From positions 19,592,001-19,656,000 of the forward strand of contig OZ231126.1 in NCBI GenBank assembly GCA_965153355.1: a stretch of 64,000 nucleotides of DNA. Reading direction: 5' to 3'. Source of the stretch: Flaccisagitta enflata. Its lineage: Eukaryota. Below, one piece after another: positions 10,910-48,273 of this stretch. Within the stretch, counting starts at the first letter, position 1, and every line of letters starts with the position of its first letter. The notes beneath the pieces are model-generated. The model was not told where the DNA came from, ran no database searches, and saw only the letters and a program-made list of their open reading frames with translations. The translations under genes were made by a program, and so were the position numbers.

Positions 10910-13900
10910 ATGATAAGATTGGCGAAACTTCTCGCGACGCCTATTCCACGCGTCGCTTCTGGTGGCGCCGGCGCAGTGGTGTGCTCTCGATTTCCAGCCG
11001 TTGTCTCCTCGAGAGTTAATAATTTCTCAACCGGGCGACCCGTCAATAAACGTAAATACACTAACAGACACGAATGGATTTCGATGACGGATGACCAGAC
11101 CGGGCGTGTCGGTATATCCGATTACGCTCAAGATGCCCTCGGTGATATCGTGTACGTTGCCATGCCGGAAGTTGGCTTGCAAGTCAAAAGATACGACGAA
11201 TGTGGCGCCGTGGAAAGCGTCAAAGCCGCCTCTGAGATCTACGCTCCACTCGATGGTGAGTGAATTAACAAGGCCGGATAAACGGCCATCAGTTGCGGAC
11301 GGGTGGGCAGGGGCAGAAATGCACCTGTCCGCAGCTAAAAATGTTCTAAAACGCTCATTTCCTCACTTTTCGACTCGTGACCATGGACCGACCGACGGAC
11401 AAAGCCTCTTATAGAGTTGCGTGTCCGCAACTAAAAATTGACATTCTGGCCTTCTACCTCAGTGATCCGCCATCCCTCATACTGGCCTTAAATCTAAGTA
11501 CCGACAATCCTGTTTCAGCATTTCCGTTGTAAGGCGGATGCTTTCTTCATACAGTGGAAATCCGATATAACGGTCTTGAAGGGACTTGGGAATTTAGGTT
11601 GTTAAATCCGAATGTTGTTAAATCGAATTACCAATTTTTACTAATATTCTTGTGAAAAAGAATATAAAAACAAAATTAAATATATGTTTAATGAAATACA
11701 GTGGTAGAGCATTCGTTCATCAGGCAAAAAGAGTGAAAGATTAGCACATATAGTCTCTTGCTTTAATATATTCATAAATCATTATTATATAGAAAATATT
11801 AAAACTATTAGCAAGATAACAAATATTACAATAAAAATGATCTTGATTTAAATCTTTCTAATAAGATGTTCCTTTATGACTCATTAAATATTTTTTCTTC
11901 CTCATTCTTATTTTATACTTTAATATGCCTTTTTGACTTTCTTTTTCTTTTCATGTATTCATCATTTCAATTATTAGTTAAAACTGGATATTTGTTAAAA
12001 GAAGATAAAATCTTTAAAATTGATATAAAATTTTTTTTTAGATAAATGCTTTTAAATCAGAGCTAATTTTTCCATGGGACCAAAAAATAGCGCCTGTAAA
12101 TCAGGTTTGGCTGTTAGATCAGGTGTCGTTATATCAGGAAAAATTAACATTGTAAAACCCAATAAAAATTTGGGACCAAAGTATCCTGGCTGTTAAATCC
12201 GAAATGCTGTTAAATCAGGTGCCGATAAGGCAGTAGTCCACTGTATTTACTCCGACAGGCCTTTTAAAGGCCACTGAACAGGGACCACCATCCAATTTTT
12301 TTGGAAAATTTGCCCTTTCTTTGATACCTCCCCTGACGAAGGCTCTACTATGTCTTTCCCATTTTCTTTCTGTCGCGTGACTGAAAATAGCTTTTTTGGT
12401 TGAAAATCACGAATTTCAACGAAATCTTTTTCCAATCTTCAAACGGTTGCGTGTGGGATCCTCTGGGTTTTGCTGAGTCGGCTTTTTGCCCCTTGGCGTT
12501 TGGCGAATTTCTGATGAGAAGAAATCTAATTTGCGTGGTCATTGGTGGATGGTGGTTGCTTTGATCGTTCATTTTAGATCATTGCCTTGTAGTGTTTATA
12601 TGATATGTGCAAGGTGGTAGATAAGGTGGTACGCGGGGCCCGCGTTGTGCCTCGGACCTGTATAGATTAAAAAAATAAAGAGGAAAAAAAATGGAAGGGA
12701 GAGGAAAAAAATAGAAAAAAAGGAAAAATAGAAAAAAAGAAAAGAGGAAAAAGGAAAAAAAGAGAAGAGGAAAAAGGAAAAAAAGAAAAGAGAAAAAGGA
12801 AAAAAAGAAAAGAGAAAAGGAAAAAAGATAAAAAAGAAAAAAAAAGGGAAAAAAAGAATAAAAAAAAAGGAAAAATAGGGAAAGAGGAAAAAAAGGGAAA
12901 GAGGAAAAAAAGGGAAAGAGGAAAAAAAGGGAAAGAGGAAAAAAAGGGAAAGAGGAGGTGATTTTCACCGAGAGACTCCTAGCTAGCGCAAAAAAATCGC
13001 AATTTCTAACATGATTTAAATTGCTATTTCCTTTTCGATATGATTATTAATGTCTCTGGGGGGTCCAAAACCATAGTCAGCCAATCTTAATGGGCCCTCA
13101 ATTTTGGTTTAGCAATCTCAATAGTATTTGATAGCTTTGAGCGTTATTTGCATAAATTTGGAATTTTCTTTTTTTTTATGTTTTTGCTAGAAATCTCTTT
13201 TGCTAACCTCCCAGGGGCTATTCTTTCACAGTACAACCAATCGAAATGATCCGAGGTCATTTTGCCACTCATGAAATCATTTTTTCGCTTTTTGCGCAAA
13301 ATGTCCAATAATTGAAATGTCCGAAATTCGTTTTTTCCCTCTCTGGCCTTCTAAAAAAGGGCAACGGTCACAATTTCTTCCGTTTTAACATAGCCCCGCC
13401 TCTATTGGAAAGATTAGTAGGTAAAATCTTTAGTGTCGGGGTTGAGGGGATATACGGGAGGGATGTTAGTCAAGTCGGACACGGCGGGGACAATCAAAAA
13501 TGTCCAATAATTGAAATGTCCGAAATTCAATTTTTTTTTTAAACTGGATTAGATCAGTCAAAAGTCGATTAATGTTGTCTGTCGCTTACCTCGTATTGCT
13601 GTGATCAAAAACAGGCGTTCATTGCACTATTCTTGGTTTTCATTGATTTAAAATCTAAATGTCTAGTACATATTGTTACATTTACTCCGATTTTGATTGT
13701 TATTTACTCATTCTCTTCACAGGGTTACCCAGAAAAACGTGATGACTTTTATGAGGCTCTCGTGATATCAAAATGTTGTTTAAAGGTTTACGGTGAAAAT
13801 CCAAAAGACTGAAAGGCCTATTAAGTAACTGGAATTCCTCTATCGATCAAAGAAGCGCCCATTACATGTTTGTTACATGATAATCATGGTGTGAGATACC

Positions 13901-15317
13901 ATGAAAAACATACAATTTTTTTTAAAAACGCCAACCAAATTAACTCTTTTTCGTGATTAATCCCTCTATGACAACTTAGCCTCACATGAGAAGAATATAC
14001 TTAAACATTTTTACCCTATTTTAGAGAAAAGCTAACCAAAAATGACATGGTAACCATAAAAATTGACCCTAGGAGCGTATCAGTGAAAATCACCAGGAAA
14101 AAAAGGGAAAGAGGAAAAAAAGGGAAAGAGGAAAAAAAGGGAAAGAGGAAAAAAAGGGAAAGAGGAAAAAAAGGGAAAGAGGAAAAAAAGGGAAAGAGGA
14201 GGAAAAAAGAAAAGTGGAAAGAGGAAAAAAAGAAAAGAGGAAAAAAAGAAAAGAGAAAAAAAGAAAAGAGGAAAAGAAGAAAAGAGGAAAAGAAGAAAAG
14301 AAGAAAAGAAGAAAAGAGGAAAAGAGGAAAAGAGGAAAAGAGGAAAAAGAAGAAAAGAGGAAAAGAAGAAAAGAAGAAAAGAAGAAAAGAGGAAAAGAAG
14401 AAAAGAAGAAAAGAAGAAAAGAGGAAAAGAGGAAAAGAGGAAAAGAAGAAAAGAGGAAAAGAAGAAAAGAGGAAAAGAAGAAAAGAGGAAAAGAAGAAAA
14501 GAAGAAAAGAAGAAAAGAAGAAAAGAGGAAAAGAGGAAAAGAAGAAAAGAGGAAAAGAAGAAAAGAGGAAAAGAAGAAAAGAGGAAAAGAAGAAAAGAGG
14601 AAAAGAAGAAAAGAGGAAAAGAAGAAAAGAGGAAAAGAAGAAAAGAGAAAAGAGGAATAGAAGAAAAGAGGAAAAGAGGAAAAGAAGAAAACAAGAAAAC
14701 AAGGAGGGGAAAAAAGGAAAGATGAGAAAAAGAAAGAGAAAGAGATTAGGGGAAAAAAGAGAGGGGGGAAAAAAAGGGGGAAAAAAGAGAGCGAAAAAAA
14801 CACATAAATAAAAATGATCTGAAAATGATCGAAAAAAATGATCTGAAGCCATCTGCAATAGCTCATTCTCAAGAATTCACATGACAACAGATGTTACAGC
14901 CTCTACAACCTCTGGAATGTCCTATGGCGCCAGAACCAATGCAAATGAGAGTGAGAGAATAAAACGAACACATGTTACCCTAAATCAGATATCAGTATTT
15001 AAGTGATTCTGAAAGCTGAAGCAATAGACCATTTTATTTGCACGCGATATTTTAAATGAACCCGACCTCAAATCCCGTAACATGAGTATAAGCAATGGTT
15101 CACCAGTTATTTGACCCCCATCCTCCCCCGTTTTCTTTGGGTAGGTACAGTGACGTCGGTTAACCCGGAAGTTGAGGTCACTCCGGGTCTCCTCAATACC
15201 GATCCCTACAACAAAGGCTGGGTTTTCACGCTTTCTATCGACGACCGGAAGCAATATGATAAACTCATGAACGAAGAACAGTATGCTGCCTTTTTGGAAG
15301 CTAACAAGCCGATCTAG
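10910..15317 (+). CDS. GCSH: Glycine cleavage system H protein, mitochondrial
   Basis: Exons 10910-11255 and 15145-15317 (phase 1). RKYTNRHEWI, VGISDYAQDALGDIVYV, lipoyl-lysine motif VESVKAASEIYAP, NTDPYNKGW; presequence-like N-terminus. Confidence 0.95.
11267..11436 (-). mobile_element. DINE-1/Helentron-like element (family A)
   Basis: Reverse-complement copy: starts aacaaggccggata, contains gcggacgggtgggcaggggc, ends gcaactaaaa. Confidence 0.65.
11552..12243. mobile_element. Tc1/mariner-pogo-type MITE
   Basis: Termini CAGTGGA...TCCACTG flanked by TA on both sides; repeated gttaaatc motifs inside. Confidence 0.65.
12670..14800. repeat. Polypurine (GGAAAAAAAGGGAAAGA / GAAAAGA) tract split in two by a TIR element
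   Basis: Nearly pure A/G tracts at ~12670-12956 and ~14095-14800 whose repeat register continues across the insertion. Confidence 0.85.
12957..14094. mobile_element. Non-autonomous TIR DNA element with 4-bp TSD (AGGA)
   Basis: Imperfect ~26-bp TIRs ggtgattttcaccgagagactcctag / ctaggagcgtatcagtgaaaatcacc; agga at 12953-12956 and 14095-14098. Confidence 0.7.
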
Positions 15318-16070
15318 CGCACCTCTCTATGTCCAAATGTGATATCAAATTTATTTAGGTGGACAAAACTTTGGATATATGATCTAAATCGTTTACAGAC
15401 CGTCACAACCTGATAACGCGAATTTTTACATTTCCATATTTCTTATGTCCGCGATTGTTATTGTAAGTTTGTAACCCGATGTAACCTCGTTTCATTCCAG
15501 TCCATTAAGGAGATTGAAGGGGGGAGCCGGGCCGAAGATAAAAAACAAACAAACTGGGATTGGCTCTTTTCCCGTTGTCTGCGTACTATCTAAACTCGTA
15601 AACTGCCGGGAAATGGGCAGTAATTTTGAATATCTTTAAAGTTTTTTGGCTTTAAAGTCTCATTAACAAGTACAAAAAACCGGTTAAGAAGATATCTTCT
15701 TTCAACGTGGAGCAGCTGGTCTGCGAACACTTAAATTATATTTTTAAAACATGCCTCGAGAATCATTTCCCAACGTCTATCTAAAGCAAGCAAAGGGTGA
15801 TAAAACAAAAATTCTTCGCCAAAGAAAATAATTACAAAAAGAAAAAAAAAAAGCCAAAGATTCGCTTCCGGGGTCTGTTTCATTCTTTCATAGGAATGAA
15901 TTGGGCCTCCTGCTGTGGAGAGAGATTCGAGTGAAAAGGGAATATGTCCGCAACAACCTCTAGTCACACAAGTTCAAACAAACTGACAAAAAGTCCCGCA
16001 ACCTCGCCGTGTGTTTTGTAAATGATGTTATTATCTGCATTATCGTTAAAAGAATAACGATACCATAAAA

Positions 16071-41259
<25,189 letters not shown>

Positions 41260-42152
41260 TAGCAGAGTAGTTTTTCTCAGTTTTGCTTTTTATTTTACGA
41301 CCTTTTATCATGCCGAAAATTGCCCTATTAATTTATGCTTCCAATTTGTTGCCGTGTAGCACAGAATTTTTTACACATGACAATTTAAGCTGCTTCCAAA
41401 GACTGACAATTGAACCAAAATCACCCACACCATTGTTTGATTTATTCGTGATCATGTGACAAATTAACCGATTGACTTGGGTGGGCTAATTTCCCCTTCA
41501 CAAAACCAGATTTTCATTATAATCAGTGAGAAACCAGATTTATGATTTAATCAATGAGAAAATTTACAAATAAAAAAAGGTTAACACAAAGTCCTTTACT
41601 AATGAAGTGGTACATACAAATTGAAAATTAACAATGAAGGAGAATATAATTGAGGGATGCATAAGCGTTAAACTCAAGCCATATATTTTCCATTTTTCCG
41701 CTCGCCCATTTCATAACTTCCTCAATGAGAATTTACAAAATCCATACTTTCATACATTCATGATCATACTTTGTTTGGCTGAGTAGGAATGCATTCCCTT
41801 TTAAGATTCTATTCAGATAAAATGAATAAAATTGTTTGAAATTTTAGTCTTGATATATCAACCTCTCAACAACTACTGTACTCTAGTCAGGCCTTATTGG
41901 CCTCCGATGGTCCATGAGACACTCCGGAATAGGTAGCGCTGTAATTTCTTATTTTCGTTGATTGTTTATTGACGATCATGAACAGTTTGCCCATCTGTAT
42001 TTCTTCTGCTTTTGCAGTTAGCAGCTCTAGGTAATCGCGCAATCACTTGCCGCTGTATCATGAAATGTGAGAGGTTTGATTGTCAAGCTAGCTATCAGTT
42101 TATCAATGATAGTGTCTCATTTATAATCTAGTCGCAGCTCACAGTCAAGAAA

Positions 42153-44764
42153 ATGGATGAAGAAACCTCGTGGCAAAGAACGGTGAGCTGTTTGCGGTGT
42201 TGAAGATGAAATGTTCAGCGTCGCAGTGTTCTTGCTTTCGGCCATCTTCATGCCTAACTGTACAGTAATAATCTCACTACACCGCTGAATACATTCAGAA
42301 ACGGAAGATGGATGATCCGCCTTCAACTAGTCATGACGTTAGCTTGATCGATCTTACCGCCGATTCCCCGGCAAATAAGCGCAACGACAACGAACAGGTG
42401 AACCGCCCGTCTGGGTAATTCTGTTTAAGACCTTCAATTGTTCCGTACTACGAATTTATGTTATCTGGACTGGACTGGTTTTGATGTAGTACTGATTATT
42501 ACGGGATTACTTGTCTTGTTACTATGGAACCAGACTAATAGTCTAATAAGTACAGACTGGACCATTTTAAGAGCTGAGGCGGGACCCTAAGCGTTAGCAC
42601 CCCCCCCCTTGAGCTTACTGTGTTCAAACAATTTTAACACTTACTGTGGCGGTTTACACTTTAAGTGGATACAAGTGGCGCCATTTGCGATTTTTGAATT
42701 TCCACCTAGAACACCCCCAAATTTTTAAGATTGATAAAAAAACCGCTCTATTTTGTATGGGCAGATTTGGGTGATTTCACTAAATCTAAGGGTGTTCTAA
42801 ATGGAAATTCAAAAATTGCCACAGTGGCGCCATTTGTATCTACCTAAGGTGTCAATTGCCATAATAAGTGTCAAAATTATCTGAACACGGTGGGCTGTAG
42901 GGGGGGGTGCTAACGCTTAGGGTTCCGCCTCAGCTCTTAAAATGGTCCCGTCTGTAAATACCTCGCTTTTCTTTATCTCAACACAACCTTTGAAACCATA
43001 TGCATACGTTTTCTGCACAGCATCCGCAGGATGAGAAGCGCAGGAAGCAAAATTCAACGTTCGATTCATTCGTGGATCTCACTGAGGATGATGTGGATCA
43101 ACGCAGCGACGAGACGTTCCTACACCAGAACCGCGGCGATGTTCTAGAAACCGGGATGCGCGGCGAAGAACCAGAATCTGAGATGCGCGGCGACGCGGAG
43201 GGCAGACTTCTCGTGAAACTCGCGGAAATGTCGCCTTCCTGTCCCATAGGATGTCTTCTCAAGGTTTTACGCGACGTGCTGGCTGGCGTGCTCGTTGGAA
43301 TGACCGACGATGACATAATATTGGACGCCATTACTCGCGCCGATGGTCTCGAGACGGGCATGGCCATTCTGGGAGATCGACTGCCAAAGAATCACGAGTT
43401 TCTCATCGATCGTTTCATCGGCATTCGTCAGTTATTCTCCGACCGGAAACCCGAGGTCGTCGCCAAACAAATGATCGCGTTGGCCGCCGCGTCGCCGTCC
43501 TTTGATCCAGGTTTCGACGATGTGGAGGATCGCGCGAATCGGATCGTCGAAGCTTTGTTTTTAAATCCGCCCATTGAATTGAGTGACGAGAATTTGCAGG
43601 AACAACATGAGGCGGGCTCGGTTGCAACGATGGGATCGGCTCTCGTAACGAATTCCGCTGCAGCGTTTCCAGCGTTTCCCCTTCCCGATCACTGGAGTCA
43701 AATACGTGGTTGGTCTCTCGTGGACATACCAGCGGATTCCGACGAATACATCTCCGTCGCCGGTGCCTTTCATTCTGACGTCCAAGATCTAATGGTAGCT
43801 GGAAGGCCCATTGTGCCGACCGTCTTGAAGATTACACGAGTTCAAAATCCGGGATTATGGCGTCAATACCAATTGAAACGATCTCTTATTTTGGAGAAAG
43901 TCGGTCAAGTAGAATTGAACGAACGTCACTTGTGGCACGGCACGGGCTCAAACATCGCTCAGACCATCTCGCTTCAAGGGTTTGACTTTCGAGTCGATGT
44001 CAAGAATGGGAGAGTTTGGGGAGACGGGATTTACTTCGCTCCCAAACCCGGCTTGGCCATCGCTTACGGCGCGCAGAATGTCCAAATGGCTACGGTAGGC
44101 TAAACCGTCCTGACTTGTTCGAGCTTATTCGAGCTTGTCAAGGCACGCAAGTGTTCTTCATCTCGGCTCACGGGGGGGGGGGGGGGGAGATTGAGCGAGG
44201 TCGTTATTTATTTTGTGCTTAAAATGAAATTCACATTCTTCATGCTTCAGGTGAACCACACGCCTGCCAGAGTGGTCAGAGGCGGCAAAGGTAGTAGAGG
44301 TGGTAAAGGAGGCAGGAAAGCTACTTCAGGAGCCGCATCAGTGATTGGGCCACCTCCAACAACAGCGGCGACAAACATAGCGCCGGCGACGACCATAGCG
44401 GCGGCAAGTTCTTCGACAGCGACGACCAGTGGTCACAACGCTTCATCTGGAGTAAGTCGCGCTCCTTCTCATGACACCGCTTTACCCGACGCCATAAAGG
44501 CGCAAGAGTTGAAAATGCATGTGTAATCCTATTATGATATTTTTTTTTCAGATTTGCTGCGTCATTTACACGTTGGGAGTGTGCGGCCGTGCGACTCAAG
44601 GGAAAGCAGGGTTGCGAAGGCCTCCATTTATTGATCCGAACGACACGAGTAGAGGACTCTTTGACTCTTGCTACAACGCCAAGAACGGCAACATGGTCAT
44701 TATATTTGACAACTCCCAAGTATATCCGGAATACATCGTGTACTACAATTATGTATGGAAATAA
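42153..44764 (+). CDS. PARP-family ADP-ribosyltransferase, probably mono-ART (PARP12/TIPARP-like catalytic domain)
   Basis: Phase-0 exons 42153-42182, 42299-42397, 43021-44094, 44251-44451, 44552-44764. ITRVQNPGLWRQY, NERHLWHGT, GFDFR, WGDGIYFA, FDSC, NMVIIFDNSQVYPEYIV. The first two exons are less certain. Confidence 0.85.
42553..42954. mobile_element. Palindromic TA-flanked MITE (Tc1/mariner-type)
   Basis: Arms cagactggaccattttaagagctgaggcgg / ccgcctcagctcttaaaatggtcccgtctg are inverted over most of the length; TA on both sides. Confidence 0.85.
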
Positions 44765-46741
44765 GAATCTTGAAAGTGGAGGAGGAAATGTGTGACAAAG
44801 AAGCAGCGCGTATTTTCGTGTTCCATTCCAAATTTTTCTAGCCTATGTATGGGGACGATTGAACTTTTCCAAGTAGTGAGCTAACGACTGTTTCCAAGAC
44901 TTGGCAGTGTAAAGAAACTTGCCTATTGTCCTTTTCTCTAACATGTTCGGTTTGGAGGGGTGAGTTAAGTCTTTCGGAGGCGCTCTCGGTAGACTAGATC
45001 TGAAAAGAATCCAGAACAAAAAACAAAAAACAAATGCACTCTGAGGAAAATGGCGACGCCCCCGATAAAAAGTTCCTTCTCTCTTTCTCTCTCTTTCCTT
45101 TTTTCCTCCTCTCCCGTTGTGCCTCGTTGTTAAACATGATCTTACTGGGCTGGGTCGAGCCTCAGTCTCCAAGGGACTTTTAACCTAAGCGTGGTGATAG
45201 AACCTAAATAATTTTATAAACATGGACAATGGCTCCGCAGTATTGTGTAGGTATCACGTTGTCATTGTGTTGATCTGTTGAGGTTAAATTTTTTGTCAGG
45301 GGGTTAAGGTAATTTTTTTGCTATTTTCTTCCATCTCAGGTACCGATTAATCCTCCAAGTGGTTTCATGTGCCCGAAACAATTCACTAAGTCCGTATTTG
45401 AGTGTATGCATCGAAATTTTCTAAAATAATCGCATTTTTCCCTTTATTTCAGTCCAAGATAATGTTAGATTATTGCTAAAAATTGTGTACAAATATGTAA
45501 CATATAGAAATGAGTATTTTTCTAGCCTATCTAACCTCCAACGGATCAAAGAAGGCGTCTCACTATCTCTGATGGGTTTTGAGAGAAAAATAAAAAAAGA
45601 ATTATTGCGATATCTTCATTTTTGCTCGAGATATTCTTCTTGAAAGTTACAGTATCAACTACGGCATACAGGCTTAAATTATGTCATTTCACTTACGTCA
45701 TTTCATTTTTTTTTCTGGGGACCATTCAATGATTTAAAGCCATTTTACGATACCGGTCCCTAGACCTGCGCCTAAGTGAGCAAAGACAACCGTTCATTTT
45801 GTCAGAATCTTCACAAAACTCATTTATTCTCTCGCTTCAAGACCGACCCTATTTCCGAGATTTTAAGACATGGGTGTTCCATTTTGTCACATGAGATCAT
45901 ATTGTGTCATATTCCATGGTTTAGCATCCAACATTGATTTTTGCCCCTCATATACCTCCATTAGCAAGATCTCTACACTGTGAAAAGAGAAAAGAGAGTC
46001 GGTGAATCATATAGTATCAAGTGGGCCACATGGAACAATGACCCTATTTCCGAGATTTTAAGACAATTGGCTGAAAATAAGCGTAACGTACTTTAACTAT
46101 ATATCAATTGTTCTGACAAATGGAAATGTGAGTAAATGATGGGGAAACACCAGTAGATGCTTCAAGCTGATAATTTCATCCTAAACTCATCATCGTCATC
46201 GTCGGCGTCGTCGTCGTCCGCGTCACCGTCAATATCGAATTGTTAAAAAGTGGGATGACTTTGGAAGTACGAGAGTAAGGACCATGAAATTTTGTAAGCG
46301 GGCTCACGCAGACAAATGCTATTACCGTTGGGCTTTTTAAGTGCGTCCTTGCACTTCTATATAAGGTCATGTCCGTCGTTTGGTTGGTTGGTCGGTCAGT
46401 CAGTCACGCAAATGTTCAATAACTAATACATTTTAGCGATTTCTTGGGCTTCGCTCATTTACATACACGGGCCCAACTGGTCAAAAAACTATTTAAAAAC
46501 CGGTCAAAATTGATTAAAACGGGAGAGAAAGTAGAATGACTTGGGTAGTTATTTTATGGTTTTGAGATAAAAAGTAAGCCGTATAGATTTACATGACTTT
46601 TAAGTGTTCCTCTCATGAAGAGCAGCTTAACTGGTCGAATTTGGCCTAAAAAGCTAACTCTAAGACGAAGATAAAGCAATCAAGCCGGAGAGAAAACGAA
46701 GATAAAGCAATCAAGCTCGAGAGAAAACGAAGACAGACCTA

Positions 46742-47496
46742 CACTTTTTAGTTTCGGACACGCAACTCTATAAGAGGCTTTGTCCGTCCGTCCGTCCGTC
46801 CGTCCGTTGGTCGGTTGGTCCGTGAACACGAGTCAAAAAGTGTGAAAACGCGCATTTCCGCCCCGCCTACCCGTCCGCAACTGGTATTGGCCGTGTATCC
46901 GGCCTTGTTTTTTAAGAACGTCATTTTTTGGGCAAGCTTTTAATGTTCTTAAATTTTAAGCAGTTTCAAGGCTTAAACGTTTAACATTTAACATGAAAGA
47001 GAAAATGTTAATGAAAAGAAAAGCAGCAGGTTTAAACATTTTGATTAAAATTAATAAAAGTAAAAAATACATGCTATATAAATCTAGACATGATTCTATA
47101 AACAGAAAAGATAGAGAATTTGTTAATTGACAAAGAAAAATCAATTTAAATAAAAGCCAAAAAAAAAATGTTCTTACATTAAGATTTTGGGTCTAATGTT
47201 CTTAAATTTCTTAAGAAATAAAGCCTTCCAATGTTCCTAGCATGTTCTCAAATTTTTGACAATTTGTAGCCTTACGTTCTTCGAAACTTTGTTCTTATAA
47301 AAACAAGGCTGGATACACGACTACCCCAGTCGCGTGCGGGTGGGCAGGGGCTGTATTTGAGGTCACTTAATCATTTGGGCAGGAGCAGTGAGGCCAAAGA
47401 CCGCAAAAACCCCCAAAAAAGTAAAGTGTGACGGACCGACGGAAGGACCGACAAAGCGGGTTGTGGATTCCCGTAGCACGCGACTAAGAAAAAGTG
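46742..47496. mobile_element. TA-flanked MITE with a DINE-1-like element nested in each TIR
   Basis: ta-cacttttt[46746-46909 family A, +]tttaagaac ... gttcttataaa[47302-47488 family A, -]aaaagtg-ta. Confidence 0.65.
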
Positions 47497-47551
47497 TATA
47501 AGAGACAAATTGGTCATACTTTGTCGGTCAGCAGTCTGTTGGATATTTCTA

Positions 47552-47944
47552 CAGTACCTTCCGAGCAAACTTGGCTAAACTGGAGGATTAATTTTCTTTA
47601 ATTTCAATTTCATTTTTTTAATTTCATTTTCTGTATTTAATTTAATTAGAAGATACTTAATTCTTTGTATATATTTTGCTGTTAAAAAAAACTTGTCAAA
47701 TCAAAGTGCATGAAGACATCAATTTGGAGTGTTTTAACCCAGACCATTAGATTCAGCAGAAAACACTCCAAATTAATGTTTTCATGCACTTTGATTTCAC
47801 AGATTAATTTTTTTAACAGCAAATATGTTCAAGAAATTAAGAATCTTTTATTAAGTTAAATACAAAAAATTAAGTTTTAGAAATGAAATTAAAGTAACAA
47901 AAATTTATCCTCCAGTTTTAGCCGGGTTTGCTCGGAAGGTACTG
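47552..47944. mobile_element. Palindromic TA-flanked MITE
   Basis: cagtaccttccgagcaaac / gtttgctcggaaggtactg TIRs; the inverted similarity extends almost to the centre. Confidence 0.85.
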
Positions 47945-48017
47945 TACATCTATGCGTATGCGTTATTGTTTTGCACATGTACATGATCACTCTTATTCCA
48001 TCTTCTCTCTCTCTCTC

Positions 48018-48079
<62 letters not shown>

Positions 48080-48117
48080 ATTCTCCCCCTCACCTCCAAG
48101 CTTGTTAGGGCAGCGAT

Positions 48118-48273
48118 TTTTTGTCGCGTACACGCGACTCAACCTTGCCGTGTCAGTCGGTCGGTCCGTCGGTCCTTTGGTCGGTCTTTCTCATTTTTGA
48201 ATTCCAAGCGGTTTAAGCATTACTGCTCCTGCCCAACCGTCCGCGACTAGGTTGCCGTGTATCCGGCATTGTT
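48118..48273 (+). mobile_element. DINE-1/Helentron-like element (family A variant)
   Basis: gtcgcg..cgcgac, (GTCG)n, ccgtccgcgact, ccgtgtatccgg end. Confidence 0.6.

Noticed and set aside
14016-14887. Long K/E/R-rich and F/L/S-rich ORFs
   Set aside because: By-products of a stop-free polypurine tract inside the GCSH intron.
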